DNA of 64,000 nt from an uncultured Pseudomonadales bacterium (GCA_964351875.1 CAYGQC010000001.1:2048-66047), one strand, 5' to 3'; positions 38,849 to 49,585 are shown, numbered from the stretch's first letter. The notes: generated by a model not told the origin, from the letters alone. Numbers and translations are program-made.

Positions 38849-40552
38849 ATGATGTCAGCGAGCTACGATGCCACCGTGCTAATCACTCCGTCAGCCGACG
38901 TGTCCGAGCTGTCTTTCTGCTCGCCTAACCCCAACAGCCTGTCCGACTGGATCGAACGGTTGCCGCTGGCCAATACCGAGCAAACCGCGGAGGCGTTGCG
39001 CCAGGCCACGGACGAACTGGCACGGCTCAGCATTCCCTGGCGTACGCGTCTTGCGTTGCTGGAAGTGCTGCGCGAACCCGTCAGCTACCTAAGCACTCGC
39101 CTGGACCGACTCGCCAGCGCTTCCATGCAATCAATGTCCGCGGCGGACAACGCGCAGCGCCTGCAGGTGAATCTGTGCGTCGGCTACAAGGGTGTCGTCA
39201 AAGACGCGCTGGCGGACGACTCGCGGCCCGGGGACGAGTTGATACTCGCGCTGCATCGATGCCTGTCCGATATGAGCCGCACGCTGCTGCGGGCCTGCCA
39301 GCTCTACAGCGCCACACCTTCCCAGTTCTGGCGCGAGCTACATGAGCTGTACCGCATCGCGGAGTCTCTAGAGCTTGAGGACAAGTCGGCTCGCGACACC
39401 GAAAATCACCACCGCCAGGATATGAGCATTGGCGATGCCTATCGCCGCGCACTGCTGCTAGCCACCGCAAAACCCAATCAGCTACGCAACGCCGAGCTAA
39501 CGCAGACGTTCAACGCGCTCGAACTGTGGTCCGCGTCTGTGTCGCTGGCGCCGTTCGAACCGAGCGCGAGCTTCGCAATCGACCAGGATCGGGACGAGCC
39601 GCCACGCTACGTATCGCTGGAAAAAAGCGCGAGCGGACTGCTCGGGCTGGGCACCGAGGTGCTCACCTTCGAACTGGTCGCCTATCTGGGCCATGTAGAC
39701 GGCAAGCTTGAGGTGCCGGACTACCTCACCAGCCGGCTGATCGAGCATCTGGCCACCGCGTGGAGCAGCATGCCCGAGCGCTCCTTTCGTCGCATGCAAA
39801 CCGACACACCACTCAAGGTAGCGATCGGTCTGCGAGCCGTTCACTACTTCGTTTCCGGTGGCGTTCATTTCGCCGATCAGCTCGGTACGACGGACGCTTT
39901 GCTGCGCCGTGAGATCAATCCGTTTCTCGCGGAAGAAGGCGCGAGCCGATCGGGTAGCGACGTCTGGTCGGCGGCGAAGATTCCCGAAAATCCCAACGTT
40001 GCGGACCCAGAGCGAATCCTGCTGAGCAAGCGCGGGGAGACGAAGGACGGCGATGACGAACGCTATATCGTGCACGACGCCATCAGTTCGGATATGTCTC
40101 CGGAAGGCTATCGAGTGACCTGGGATAACCTTCCAGAGAATACAGCCACGGGAGAGATCGTCACCGTTCGTGACCAATCGGACGAGCGTTGGTGCGTCGC
40201 GGTTATTCGCTGGCTACAGCGCGGCTCCGAGGTGCACGCAATGGGCCTCGAGCTTCTCGCACCCAGAGCTATTCCCGTCGCCGCACGAGTCATTCGCAAA
40301 CGCGGCGGGCCAAGCGACTTCATGCGCGCGCTCGTGCTACCCGAGATAAGGGCCATCGGCCGAGACGCAACGCTCATAACGCCATCGCTGGTGTTTGACG
40401 TTGGTCAGAAAGTGCAGATCCAGCGACAGGGCATCCGAACCATCGCCCAGCTGCAGGAAGTCACGCTATCTACTCAAAGCTTTACCCAGTTCACATTCCG
40501 ACTGTTGGATGGTTACTTGGAAAACGCACCCGTTGATCTCAGCATGAGCTAA
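38849..40552 (+). CDS. Large conserved hypothetical protein with a possible degenerate PilZ-like C-terminal domain (PA4958-like position)
   Basis: 567 aa from the ATG at 38849. The C-terminal ~110 aa is beta-rich with a DxSxxG-like DMSPEG (40091-40108), preceded about 20 aa earlier by KRGETK rather than a clean RxxxR. It lies immediately upstream of the FimX-like gene. Confidence 0.5.
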   Translation: MMSASYDATVLITPSADVSELSFCSPNPNSLSDWIERLPLANTEQTAEALRQATDELARLSIPWRTRLALLEVLREPVSYLSTRLDRLASASMQSMSAADNAQRLQVNLCVGYKGVVKDALADDSRPGDELILALHRCLSDMSRTLLRACQLYSATPSQFWRELHELYRIAESLELEDKSARDTENHHRQDMSIGDAYRRALLLATAKPNQLRNAELTQTFNALELWSASVSLAPFEPSASFAIDQDRDEPPRYVSLEKSASGLLGLGTEVLTFELVAYLGHVDGKLEVPDYLTSRLIEHLATAWSSMPERSFRRMQTDTPLKVAIGLRAVHYFVSGGVHFADQLGTTDALLRREINPFLAEEGASRSGSDVWSAAKIPENPNVADPERILLSKRGETKDGDDERYIVHDAISSDMSPEGYRVTWDNLPENTATGEIVTVRDQSDERWCVAVIRWLQRGSEVHAMGLELLAPRAIPVAARVIRKRGGPSDFMRALVLPEIRAIGRDATLITPSLVFDVGQKVQIQRQGIRTIAQLQEVTLSTQSFTQFTFRLLDGYLENAPVDLSMS

Positions 40553-40572
40553 CCGACGGAGACCATCATTTG

Positions 40573-42669
40573 ATGCTCCAGCGAGTGAGGGATTACCGTG
40601 AGAGCACAAACATGTCGTCGCAGATGACAACAACAACCGCTATGAATAACGCGGGTACAATTCGAATGCTGTTTGCCGGGGGTAGCGAGAGCGCCGCCAG
40701 TCAGTGGGAGTCCCGCCTGCGCGACTCTGGCATTGCCACGCGCCTGACCTGGACCGAAACGATCGGCGAGGCGCGCGAGCTGCTGCAAGCCGACGGTGCA
40801 GACTTTCTGCTCTGTGACAGCAACACCGACAGTAGCCTGGACACCGACGTGCGCGACATACGCGCGTCCCGCCCTGACCTTCCTATCGTGCTGCTGAAAC
40901 ACAACGTCACCGAGCGCGCCGCTGCCGCTGCGCTGTCCATCGGTGCAAACGACATCGTGGCGGACGATGACGACGAACACTTAAGCCTGGTCGTGCAGCG
41001 CGAGTTCGCGAACATGTGCCTGTCGCGTCGGCTCAGGCGAGCCCGCGTCGCTCTGAAAGAAGCGGAAGATCGCTGCGCGATGTTGCTTGCGAGCTCGCGA
41101 GCAGCCATCGCATACGTTCACGAGGGTATGCACATCTTCGCGAATGCTGCGTATCTGGACTTGTTTGGCTTTGCCAGCGAAGACGATACCGCAGGCCTGC
41201 CATTGGTTGATCTGCTCGACGGCGCCAGTGTCACAACACTCAAGGAGACACTGAAGTCCCTGCGCAACAACCGTGAGGACGCAAGCTTCGACTTCATCGG
41301 TAATCGGGTCGATGGTGAAGCGGTGACGGGCAATATGACCCTCGGTCGCGCGCAGTACGAAGGCGAAGCCTGCCTGCAGGTTACCGTGCGCCTAGATGAC
41401 GCCGACGTAGGAACAGCCAAGACAACGGTTATCGCTCAGTCAAGCCTGGGAGACTTTCTCGCCGAGGTTGACGCCGACGCTAACGAAGCAGTTAAGCGCT
41501 ATCTGTTCATCGCCGAGATCAACGGCTTCGACGAGCTGCAAGCCCAGTTAGGCCTGCGCCTGTCGTCCGAGTACAGCGATCAATTCTGGCCAGTGGTGCG
41601 CGAGCGATTCAGCGCCAGCCAGCTCGTCGCGCCCCATCGTTGCGTGCTCGTGCTCAGCACGGACCCGACCAATGATCAGGCCAGCGAACAGGCAGAGATG
41701 CTGCGCGAAATGGTCGAGCAGCACATCATCGAGGTCAACGAGAAGAGCATTCGCAGCACGGTGTCGTTGTCTGGCCAGGTTATCGACAGCAGCGCCGAAG
41801 CGGCGATGAACCAGGCATACCAGCAACTTCTGCACGGCAACCACGGCGGCGACTGCAACCAGGTGGCGCTGCCCGGCAGCGACGTCGAGGCCGAAAACGC
41901 ACCGGTAAGCTCCGAGGCGGAAGCGATTCTGCAAAAGATTAACCACGCTATCGAAAACCAGAGCTTCATGCTGCTGTATCAACCGATCATCTCCCTGCGA
42001 GGAGATTCGGACGAACACTACGAAGTCTTCCTGCGCATGGTTGATGATGGCGACGAGATCGCACCAGATGAGTTCCTGCAGACGGCGATCGACAATGACG
42101 TAGCCGCCAAAATCGATCGCTGGGTCATTCTGCAATCCATCAAGATGCTGTCGGTTCATCGCGCCAAAGGACACAACACGCGACTTACGATCAACGTCAC
42201 CAGCAACAGCGTGCGTGATCCGGAATTCGCCCAGTGGCTGTCGGTGGCGATCAAGGCTGCGCGGCTGCCCTCGGATGCGGTCATCTTCCAGGTCACCGAG
42301 AACGACGCAGCAACGTACCTGCGTCAGACCCGCGCCTTCATCGAAGCATTGCAGGCGATGCATTGCAGATCGTCACTCGGACGCTTCGGGGTGCGCGACG
42401 ACTCGTTCGAGACCCTGCGCCACATTCCCGTCGACATGGTGAAAGTCGACGGCACCTACGTGGAGGATCTGGAGAAAGAAGCCCAGCGTAATCAGCTCAC
42501 GGCGACCATTGGCAAATTGCAGCAGGCTGGCAAGCTCACCATCGTTCCGATGGTGGAATCCGCGACGATACTGTCGGCACTATGGCAGGCAGGCGCAAAC
42601 TTCATCCAGGGTCACTACCTGCAGGAACCGACCACCGAGATGGATTACGACTTCGCCGGCGACGAATAG
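40573..42669 (+). CDS. fimX: FimX-like protein: REC-like, PAS, degenerate GGDEF, degenerate EAL
   Basis: The EAL motif is replaced by EVF (YEVFLRM). DDFG is replaced by GRFG. The GGDEF position reads APHRC. PAS segment (AAIAYVHEGMHIFANAAYLDLFGF). The about 690-aa length and the neighbourhood (serB next) match P. aeruginosa FimX as I recall it. The start is ambiguous (ATG at 40573, 40612 or 40642). Confidence 0.7.
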   Translation: MLQRVRDYRESTNMSSQMTTTTAMNNAGTIRMLFAGGSESAASQWESRLRDSGIATRLTWTETIGEARELLQADGADFLLCDSNTDSSLDTDVRDIRASRPDLPIVLLKHNVTERAAAAALSIGANDIVADDDDEHLSLVVQREFANMCLSRRLRRARVALKEAEDRCAMLLASSRAAIAYVHEGMHIFANAAYLDLFGFASEDDTAGLPLVDLLDGASVTTLKETLKSLRNNREDASFDFIGNRVDGEAVTGNMTLGRAQYEGEACLQVTVRLDDADVGTAKTTVIAQSSLGDFLAEVDADANEAVKRYLFIAEINGFDELQAQLGLRLSSEYSDQFWPVVRERFSASQLVAPHRCVLVLSTDPTNDQASEQAEMLREMVEQHIIEVNEKSIRSTVSLSGQVIDSSAEAAMNQAYQQLLHGNHGGDCNQVALPGSDVEAENAPVSSEAEAILQKINHAIENQSFMLLYQPIISLRGDSDEHYEVFLRMVDDGDEIAPDEFLQTAIDNDVAAKIDRWVILQSIKMLSVHRAKGHNTRLTINVTSNSVRDPEFAQWLSVAIKAARLPSDAVIFQVTENDAATYLRQTRAFIEALQAMHCRSSLGRFGVRDDSFETLRHIPVDMVKVDGTYVEDLEKEAQRNQLTATIGKLQQAGKLTIVPMVESATILSALWQAGANFIQGHYLQEPTTEMDYDFAGDE

Positions 42670-43898
42670 ACCTCGGCGATATCCGAATCGGAAAACCCCA
42701 TGAGATACAGCACGCTGTCGAGCCCGAAGTTCGATATCGCGTGCTGGGCACTCGCCTGAACGAGGGGTTTTGCGCGAAAGGCGACGCCTAGCCCGGCGCT
42801 TGCCAGCATCGGCAGATCGTTCGCGCCATCGCCGATGGCGATCGCCTGGCGCAGGGCGATGCCTTCGGACTCGCAGATCTCACGAAGCAGTGTCGCTTTG
42901 CGTTCCGCATCGACAATCTCACCAACAACCTCGCCGGTTAGCACACCGTCAGCCACTTCCAGCTCATTGGCATAGACGTAGTCGATGCCGAGTTGGCTCG
43001 CGAGCGCCGCGCCGACCTTATGGATGCCGCCGGAGATGATCGCCGTCTTGTAGCCAAAGTGCTTGAGTGACGCGATCAACCGATCGGCGCCATCGTTAAG
43101 CTGGACGTCTTTAGCTACCTGCTCAAGCGCTGTCGCGGACAAACCCTTTAACAAGGCGGCGCGCGCGCGAAAGCTTTGCTGAAAATCCAGCTCACCAGCC
43201 ATGGCTCGCTCGGTAATGGCGGACACCTCACCGCCCACGCCATGATGCTTCGCTAGCTCATCGATGACTTCAGCGTCGATCAGCGTGGAGTCCATATCAA
43301 AGGCAACCAGCCGACGATTGCGTCGATAGACCGAATCCACCTGAAGCGAAAAATCAAACCCGAGGTCCCGCCCGACGTCCTGCAGCGCTTTCTGCAGCGA
43401 GCGCTCATTGGCAACCGTTCCACGCAGCGACAACTGAACACAGGTGCGCGGTGAGCGCGCCAGCGTTTCAAGCGGGGCTCGACCGGACAAGCGCACGATG
43501 TCATCGATGTTCAGACCCGCATTGGTCACCACCTGGGCGACCGCTGCAAACTGTGCGGACGACACTCCGGCAGATACGACGGTGAGAATGCGTCGATCGC
43601 TCCCCTGCCGACCAACCCATGCGGCGTAATCGGCGGCCGACACATCGGTCATGCGCAGGCTGACGCCATGCTGAGCCGCGTAGCTCGCCAGCTCAGCACG
43701 AATCGATGCCATGTGCGCCGGCGCAAACGACAGCAACAAGCCCAGAGTAAGTTCGGCGTGGATAACCGCCTGCCCGATATCCAGAATGACCACGTCGCGG
43801 CTCGCCAGGCGGCGATTCAGATCGGCCATCATGCCCGGCGAGTCCCGGCCGGAGAGATTGACCAACAAAATCGCTTCGGTATCAAAGCTTGCACTCAC
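42645..43898 (-). CDS. serB: Phosphoserine phosphatase with N-terminal ACT-like domains
   Basis: HAD motifs (VAFDMDSTLI, IISGG, GDGANDLPM). ACT-like N-terminus (LLVNLSGRDSPGMMADL...ILDIGQAVIH). GTG start at 43898 chosen. The 3' end overlaps fimX by 25 nt. Confidence 0.88.
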   Translation of the reverse strand: MSASFDTEAILLVNLSGRDSPGMMADLNRRLASRDVVILDIGQAVIHAELTLGLLLSFAPAHMASIRAELASYAAQHGVSLRMTDVSAADYAAWVGRQGSDRRILTVVSAGVSSAQFAAVAQVVTNAGLNIDDIVRLSGRAPLETLARSPRTCVQLSLRGTVANERSLQKALQDVGRDLGFDFSLQVDSVYRRNRRLVAFDMDSTLIDAEVIDELAKHHGVGGEVSAITERAMAGELDFQQSFRARAALLKGLSATALEQVAKDVQLNDGADRLIASLKHFGYKTAIISGGIHKVGAALASQLGIDYVYANELEVADGVLTGEVVGEIVDAERKATLLREICESEGIALRQAIAIGDGANDLPMLASAGLGVAFRAKPLVQASAQHAISNFGLDSVLYLMGFSDSDIAEVYSSPAKS

Positions 43899-44045
43899 GT
43901 AGACTGTCCGCCACCGGTTACTGTTAGCTGCGCAGAATACCCGACCCGTGAGCCAAAACCCCCTCAATACAACGGCCGACGTTGGCACAAGACTCAGCGG
44001 CATGCGTGCTGGCGGCTCCACCCTGCGTGACTGTCGAGCGCACAC

Positions 44046-45233
44046 GTGAGCTTGCGCGACAAAACGCTATCGCCGCTGCTCTGTGCACTGCTCGTTCTGG
44101 CGGGCTGCTGGCTGACGGCAGCCGCCGTGCTGACGACGAGTTCGACAGCGGCAACTGACGACGCCAGGGCTCGCCAGTTTGGTCAGGGCGCTGCGGACCA
44201 ACTGGCGGCGCTCGCCGCTCAACCCCTGATGACCCAGGACGCCCTGGTACTGAGCGCGCTTGCCCAACGCCTCGCCCTCACCGCAGACATCCGCTTTGTT
44301 GCCATCACCACGCTCGACGGCACAGCGCTGGCCAGCGCCGGCTCGCAGGCGCCGGACGGCGCGCTACGGTTCGAGCAGATCATCAGTATCGACGGCGCCC
44401 GCGCGGGCATCGCCAGTGTCGGGCTGGCGAGCGAGCGTTTCGCCGAGCCGATCGCGAATCACATTGTCGCGCTGGCACTGCTGCTGCCGATAGCACTGTC
44501 TGCGCTCGTGCTGCTGCCGATGGGATGGTTTGCCAACAACGTGCGCTTTGGCCGCCGGCTGGAAGATCAGATCGAGCTGGCCGTCATTCCGGAATCCGCA
44601 GGCCTTGGCTCTCGCCAATACGTGCTCGTCGCTAACCTCTTCAACCAGATCAGCCTCGACACGGACGATCGCAGTGTCCACCTCAGCGACGCTCTGTGGC
44701 ATGCCGAACAGGTTGCCGAGTTGTATGGCGGCCAGGCAATCGCGCTACCGGGTACAGGCGTGCTACTCACCTTCAGCGGCTATACGCACAGCGATCGCTG
44801 CTTCGAGATCATCTGCGCCGCCATCCTGCTCGCGGAGATGTTTGCCCGCGCGAACGGGCAGTTCATCGAAGACAGCGAGCCGAGCGAGCTGCTCTACCGA
44901 TTCGGCCTGCACAAGGTGGATCTTGACGGCACGGAAGCGGGTAATCCGCTGGACGTCGTTGCCGATCACGATGCCGTGGCGGACGCCGTGCTGCTCAGCG
45001 CGACCGCGCGTAACTCAACCCTGGTCGTCAGCGAGGATGTGTTCTTCGATCTGGATCGCGTCGAACGCCTGCTCTTCGAGGAGCAGCGCAACCCGGCGCT
45101 CGGCGCGATGAGCACGGCAAGCGCGCACTGCTATCTGGTGCACGGCGTCACCGATTCCTATCAGGTGCTGCTCGAACGTCAGGCGGAGCTGCTGCTGTCT
45201 CAGTCGCTCGTGGACAACAGCGGATCATTCTGA
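44046..45233 (+). CDS. Membrane protein with two TM segments and a C-terminal degenerate class III nucleotidyl-cyclase-like domain (hypothetical)
   Basis: TM1 is [22 protein letters not shown] and TM2 is [23 protein letters not shown]. The C-terminal pattern YVLVANLFN...[16 protein letters not shown]...[10 protein letters not shown]...[23 protein letters not shown] resembles a cyclase homology domain whose metal-binding Asp positions are not conserved. GTG start. Confidence 0.45.
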   Translation: MSLRDKTLSPLLCALLVLAGCWLTAAAVLTTSSTAATDDARARQFGQGAADQLAALAAQPLMTQDALVLSALAQRLALTADIRFVAITTLDGTALASAGSQAPDGALRFEQIISIDGARAGIASVGLASERFAEPIANHIVALALLLPIALSALVLLPMGWFANNVRFGRRLEDQIELAVIPESAGLGSRQYVLVANLFNQISLDTDDRSVHLSDALWHAEQVAELYGGQAIALPGTGVLLTFSGYTHSDRCFEIICAAILLAEMFARANGQFIEDSEPSELLYRFGLHKVDLDGTEAGNPLDVVADHDAVADAVLLSATARNSTLVVSEDVFFDLDRVERLLFEEQRNPALGAMSTASAHCYLVHGVTDSYQVLLERQAELLLSQSLVDNSGSF

Positions 45234-47464
45234 AAACCCCGCGGTAGCTTGCGTCCTCTGCGGGCACGCTCGCCAACGTAGTTCTCCAGATCCTTGGGCT
45301 TCAGGCGCATGTGTCGCTGGCCCGAAAATACCGTCAGCGATCCGCTCGCGGGCAGTACAGCAACCGACGTCACTCGCTCGTTTCCTGCCTTGAACGCCGC
45401 GCCCGGAACATTCAGCAGCTTATTGCCTTTGCCTTTACTCAGCTCCGGAAGTTGTGCAAGCGGGAACAGAAGCAGGTGTCCGGTATTGGTGACGCTGGCG
45501 ATCAGCAGTTCCTCAACATCAGCAGGTATGAGCGCAGGCTCTAGAGCGACGCCGCCCTTAGGTACGCTCAGGTAGGCTTTGCCCGCCCGGTTTTTGGCCA
45601 CCATGTCGGCTAACTTGCCGACGAATCCGTAGCCGGCGTCAGACGCCAGCAGCAGTTTCTGCTCGCCCTGGCCCAACGCCAAGCCGACAAAGCGCGCGCC
45701 ATCGACCGGCTTCAGTCGGCCGGTGAGCGGCTCGCCCTGGCTGCGCGCGGACGGCAGCGTATGGGCGGGTAGCGAATACGCTCGCCCCGTCGAATCGAGA
45801 AACGCGAGTATCTCGTTGCTGCGGCCGCGAGCGTCCGCCAGCAAGGCATCGCCGCTGCGATAATTCAACTCGGCGCTCGCCACCTCATGTCCTTTCGCCG
45901 AACGAACCCATCCCTTCTGGGACAGGACAACGGTTATAGGCTCGTTAGATACCAACTCCTCGTCGCTAAAGGCAGCCGCGCCGTCATCGCCGGAGGCCTC
46001 CACCAGCGGAGAGCGCCTGTCGTCTCCGAACGTCTCCGCATCCTCAAGAAGCTCCTTCTTGACCAGGGTTTTCAAGCGCGCCTTCGAAGCCAGAATCTTT
46101 TCGATGCCCGCTTTCTCGGTAGCCAGCTCATCACGCTCCGTGGTGAGCTTGATCTCTTCCAGCCGCGCGAGCTGACGCAGGCGCAGATCGAGAATGGCAT
46201 TCGCCTGCAGTTCGCTCAGGTCAAACGCACTCATCAAGGCCGACTTGGGCTTGTCCTCCTCACGCACGATGCGAATGACCTCATCGATATTGAGGTAGGC
46301 AACAAGCAGACCCTGGAGGATATGCAGGCGCGCGTCGATCTTGTCCCGGCGGAATTCGAGCCGGCGCGTCACCGTCTGCTGACGGTACTCAAGCCACTCT
46401 TTGAGCATGGTCACCAGGCCTTTGACCGCCGGCCGACCATCCAGACCAATCACATTCATGTTGATGCGATAGCTGCGCTCGAGGTCCGTTGTGGCAAACA
46501 GGTGCGACATCAGACGTGGCACATCGATTCGGTTCGAGCGCGGAATCAATACCAGGCGAGTCGGGTTTTCGTGGTCAGACTCGTCTCGCAGGTCATTCAG
46601 CATCGGCAGTTTCTTGGCGTTCATCTGCGCCGCGATCTGCTCCATCACCTTGGTTGGCGAGCTCTGATACGGCAGCGCGGTAACAACAACCTCGCCATCC
46701 TCTATCACCCACTGCGCGCGCGCCCTGACCGAGCCGCGGCCGGATTCGTACATGGCGGCAATGTCGTCGCGCGGCGTGATGATCGCCGCGTTTGAGGGAA
46801 AGTCAGGTCCCTGAACGTGGGTCATGATGTCGGCGACGGAGGCCTTGGGACTGTCGAGCAAATGCACACAGGCGCTGACAATCTCGCGCAGATTGTGCGC
46901 TGGCGTGTCCGTCGCCATCCCCACAGCGATACCCGCGCTGCCGTTTAAGAGTACCAGCGGCAAGCGCGCAGGCAACAGCGTTGGCTCGTCGATGGAACTG
47001 TCGAAATTGGGAACAAAGTCGACAGTTCCCTGCGCAACTTCGCTGAGCAGAAGCTGCGCGAAAGCAGACAGCCTGGACTCGGTATAGCGCATCGCGGCGA
47101 ACGACTTAGGATCGTCCGGAGCACCCCAGTTACCCTGGCCATCAACCAGCGGATAGCGATAAGAGAACGGCTGAGCCATTAGAACCATGGCTTCGTAGCA
47201 CGCCGAATCGCCATGGGGATGGAACTTACCGAGCACCTCGCCGACAGTGCGCGCGGACTTGGCGTACTTGGCTGTGCTTGCCAGACCCAGTTCAGACATG
47301 GCGTAGACGATGCGTCGTTGAACCGGCTTCAGGCCGTCGCTGATATGCGGCAGCGCCCGATCGTTGATTACGTACATCGAGTACTCGAGGTACGCCTTCT
47401 CGGTGTAGCTGTGCAGCGGCAGCGTTTCAAATTCGCTAGGCGGTGTCGGGGTGGAATCGCTCAT
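45200..47464 (-). CDS. parC: DNA topoisomerase IV subunit A
   Basis: [10 protein letters not shown] and AAMRYTE (catalytic Tyr). No GyrA box, and the pairing with parE upstream supports ParC. Confidence 0.95.
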   Translation of the reverse strand: MSDSTPTPPSEFETLPLHSYTEKAYLEYSMYVINDRALPHISDGLKPVQRRIVYAMSELGLASTAKYAKSARTVGEVLGKFHPHGDSACYEAMVLMAQPFSYRYPLVDGQGNWGAPDDPKSFAAMRYTESRLSAFAQLLLSEVAQGTVDFVPNFDSSIDEPTLLPARLPLVLLNGSAGIAVGMATDTPAHNLREIVSACVHLLDSPKASVADIMTHVQGPDFPSNAAIITPRDDIAAMYESGRGSVRARAQWVIEDGEVVVTALPYQSSPTKVMEQIAAQMNAKKLPMLNDLRDESDHENPTRLVLIPRSNRIDVPRLMSHLFATTDLERSYRINMNVIGLDGRPAVKGLVTMLKEWLEYRQQTVTRRLEFRRDKIDARLHILQGLLVAYLNIDEVIRIVREEDKPKSALMSAFDLSELQANAILDLRLRQLARLEEIKLTTERDELATEKAGIEKILASKARLKTLVKKELLEDAETFGDDRRSPLVEASGDDGAAAFSDEELVSNEPITVVLSQKGWVRSAKGHEVASAELNYRSGDALLADARGRSNEILAFLDSTGRAYSLPAHTLPSARSQGEPLTGRLKPVDGARFVGLALGQGEQKLLLASDAGYGFVGKLADMVAKNRAGKAYLSVPKGGVALEPALIPADVEELLIASVTNTGHLLLFPLAQLPELSKGKGNKLLNVPGAAFKAGNERVTSVAVLPASGSLTVFSGQRHMRLKPKDLENYVGERARRGRKLPRGFQNDPLLSTSD

Positions 47465-47490
47465 GGTTTGGTGTCTTACGTGTGTCCAGA

Positions 47491-47550
47491 GTTCGGGCGA
47501 AAGTTCGGGCGAAAGTTCGGGCGAGGGTTCAGGTGAGAGTTCGGGCGCTG
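47491..47550. repeat. Tandem repeat of 5 x 12 bp (GTTCGGGCGAAA-like) in the parE-parC spacer
   Basis: gttcgggcgaaa / gttcgggcgaaa / gttcgggcgagg / gttcaggtgaga / gttcgggcgctg, read directly. It occupies 60 of the 103 intergenic bp. Confidence 0.9.
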
Positions 47551-47567
47551 AGGAAGAGGATCAGGTC

Positions 47568-49463
47568 TTAGCCGAGCTCCGCGGTGTGGCCGTTCTTTTC
47601 CAACCAGGCTCGACGGTCCGGCGCACGCTTCTTGGCAAGCATCATGTCCATTGTTTCGTGCGTCTTGGCAGGCGTCTCGAGCGTCAATTGAACGAGGCGG
47701 CGCGTGTCCGGCGCCATCGTGGTCTCGCGCAACTGCATCGGGTTCATTTCACCCAACCCTTTAAATCGCTGCACGACCGGTGTGGCTTTCTTCTTCTCAG
47801 CGGCGATTCGATCCAGCACGCCTTCAAGCTCCGAGTCGTCCAGTGCGTAGAACACCTCTTTGCCGACATCGATGCGAAACAGAGGCGGCATGGCGACAAA
47901 CACATGGCCGGCTTCGACCAACGGCTGGAAGTGGCGCAGGAACAGCGCACACAGAAGCGTCGCGATGTGGGCGCCGTCCGAGTCCGCATCCGCCAGCACA
48001 CAAACTTTGTGGTAGCGCAGGTTGCTCAGATCCGTCGATCCCGGATCAACACCAATTGCGACTGAGATGTCGTGCACTTCCTGGGACGCGAGCACGTCGC
48101 CTGATGCGACCTCCCAGGTATTGAGAATCTTGCCGCGCAAGGGCATCACTGCCTGGAACTCGCGCTCGCGAGCCTGTTTGGCCGAGCCACCCGCCGAGTC
48201 TCCCTCAACCAGGAACAGCTCCGAGCGCTGCACATCCTGACCCGAGCAATCCGCCAGCTTGCCTGGCAGCGCTGGCCCTGCGGTAATCTTCTTACGAGCA
48301 GTCTTTTTGCTGGCTTGCACCCGGCGCTGGGCATTGCCGATCGCGAGCTCTGCGATGAGGTCGCCGTCCGAGGTGTGCTCATTCAGCCAGAGGCTGAAGG
48401 CATCCTTAGCGACGCCGCTGACAAAGGCAGAAGCTTGCCGGGACGACAGCCGCTCCTTCGTCTGGCCACTGAACTGGGGCTCGCGCATTTTGGCCGACAG
48501 CACGTAGCTGCAACTGTCGAAGAGGTCATCGCCCGTGAGCTTCACGCCGCGAGGCAATAGATCGCGGAACTCGCAAAACTCTTTCAGCGCTTCGATAAGA
48601 CCGGTGCGCAGGCCACTGACATGGGTGCCGCCCTGGGCGGTTGGGATGAGGTTGACGTAGGATTCCGCCACGCTGACAACACCATCGCTCGCCCACGCAA
48701 GGGCCCAGTCGACGGCCTCGGTATTGCCTTCCAGCGATGTGACAAAAGGCGCGGCCGGTACGGTCTCGGCACCGTCCAGCGCCTGCAGTAGATAGTCGGT
48801 GATGCCATCCTGAAAGCACCAGGACTCATCATCCTCGGGGCTGCCCTCAACACGGATGCTGATTTCCAGGCCGTCGCACAGCACGGCTTTAGCGCGCAGC
48901 AGGTGTTTGAGTCGCGAAACCAGCACCTTTGGGCTGTCAAAGTAGCTGGCGTCCGGCAGAAAGTGCACTCGGCTACCGGTGTTGCGCTTGCCAACCGTGC
49001 CAATCGATTTGAGTTTGCCCTTGGGCTCGCCAGACTCGAAGCGCTGATGGTAAACCTCGCCATCGCGCTTGATTTCCACTTCTAGCCACGTCGCCAGCGC
49101 GTTCACCACGGAAACGCCAACGCCGTGCAGACCGCCGGAGTAGGTGTAACTGTCGCCGTCAAACTTACCGCCGGCGTGCAGCCTGGTGAGGATCAACTCC
49201 ACCCCCGTGATGCCATGTTCCGGGTGAATATCCACGGGCATTCCGCGGCCGTCATCGATCACCTCGACCGAGCCGTCCTTGTACAGCGTCACTTCTATGC
49301 TGCTGGCGTGGCCTGCCAGCGCTTCATCGACACTGTTATCGATGACTTCCTGGACGAGGTGGTTGGGCCGGGTCGTATCGGTGTACATGCCGGGGCGCCG
49401 GCGCACGGGCTCAAGGCCCGACAGTACTTGAAGCGACTCGGCCGAATAGCTGTCAGCTGACAT
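47568..49463 (-). CDS. parE: DNA topoisomerase IV subunit B
   Basis: GHKL ATPase (VIDNSVDEA, GLHGVG), Toprim (LFLVEGDSAGGSAKQ) and PLRGKILN. At 631 aa it lacks the GyrB insert. Confidence 0.95.
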   Translation of the reverse strand: MSADSYSAESLQVLSGLEPVRRRPGMYTDTTRPNHLVQEVIDNSVDEALAGHASSIEVTLYKDGSVEVIDDGRGMPVDIHPEHGITGVELILTRLHAGGKFDGDSYTYSGGLHGVGVSVVNALATWLEVEIKRDGEVYHQRFESGEPKGKLKSIGTVGKRNTGSRVHFLPDASYFDSPKVLVSRLKHLLRAKAVLCDGLEISIRVEGSPEDDESWCFQDGITDYLLQALDGAETVPAAPFVTSLEGNTEAVDWALAWASDGVVSVAESYVNLIPTAQGGTHVSGLRTGLIEALKEFCEFRDLLPRGVKLTGDDLFDSCSYVLSAKMREPQFSGQTKERLSSRQASAFVSGVAKDAFSLWLNEHTSDGDLIAELAIGNAQRRVQASKKTARKKITAGPALPGKLADCSGQDVQRSELFLVEGDSAGGSAKQAREREFQAVMPLRGKILNTWEVASGDVLASQEVHDISVAIGVDPGSTDLSNLRYHKVCVLADADSDGAHIATLLCALFLRHFQPLVEAGHVFVAMPPLFRIDVGKEVFYALDDSELEGVLDRIAAEKKKATPVVQRFKGLGEMNPMQLRETTMAPDTRRLVQLTLETPAKTHETMDMMLAKKRAPDRRAWLEKNGHTAELG

Positions 49464-49585
49464 GGTGGTGGTCTGGCTCTCCTGCCGAGGGGCGACGTGC
49501 CATCAACTCGGCTTGTATGGGATGAAAATTCAGAAAATGTAGCTCGCTGAACCCTGAACGCGCCGGGGCGCCAATCCAGTCGGTC

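Noticed and set aside
45887-46795. 302-aa plus-strand ORF antisense to parC. Similar cases are 20239..20955 (antisense hflX), 60859..61656 (antisense carbamoyltransferase), 13560..14222 and 39497..40177.
   Set aside because: All are embedded in strongly supported genes on the opposite strand and have no recognisable motifs.
47491-47550. Possibility that the tandem repeats at 47491-47550, 21735-21770 or 1626-1710 are CRISPR arrays.
   Set aside because: The units are 12-24 bp and directly abutting with no spacers. No cas genes are present.
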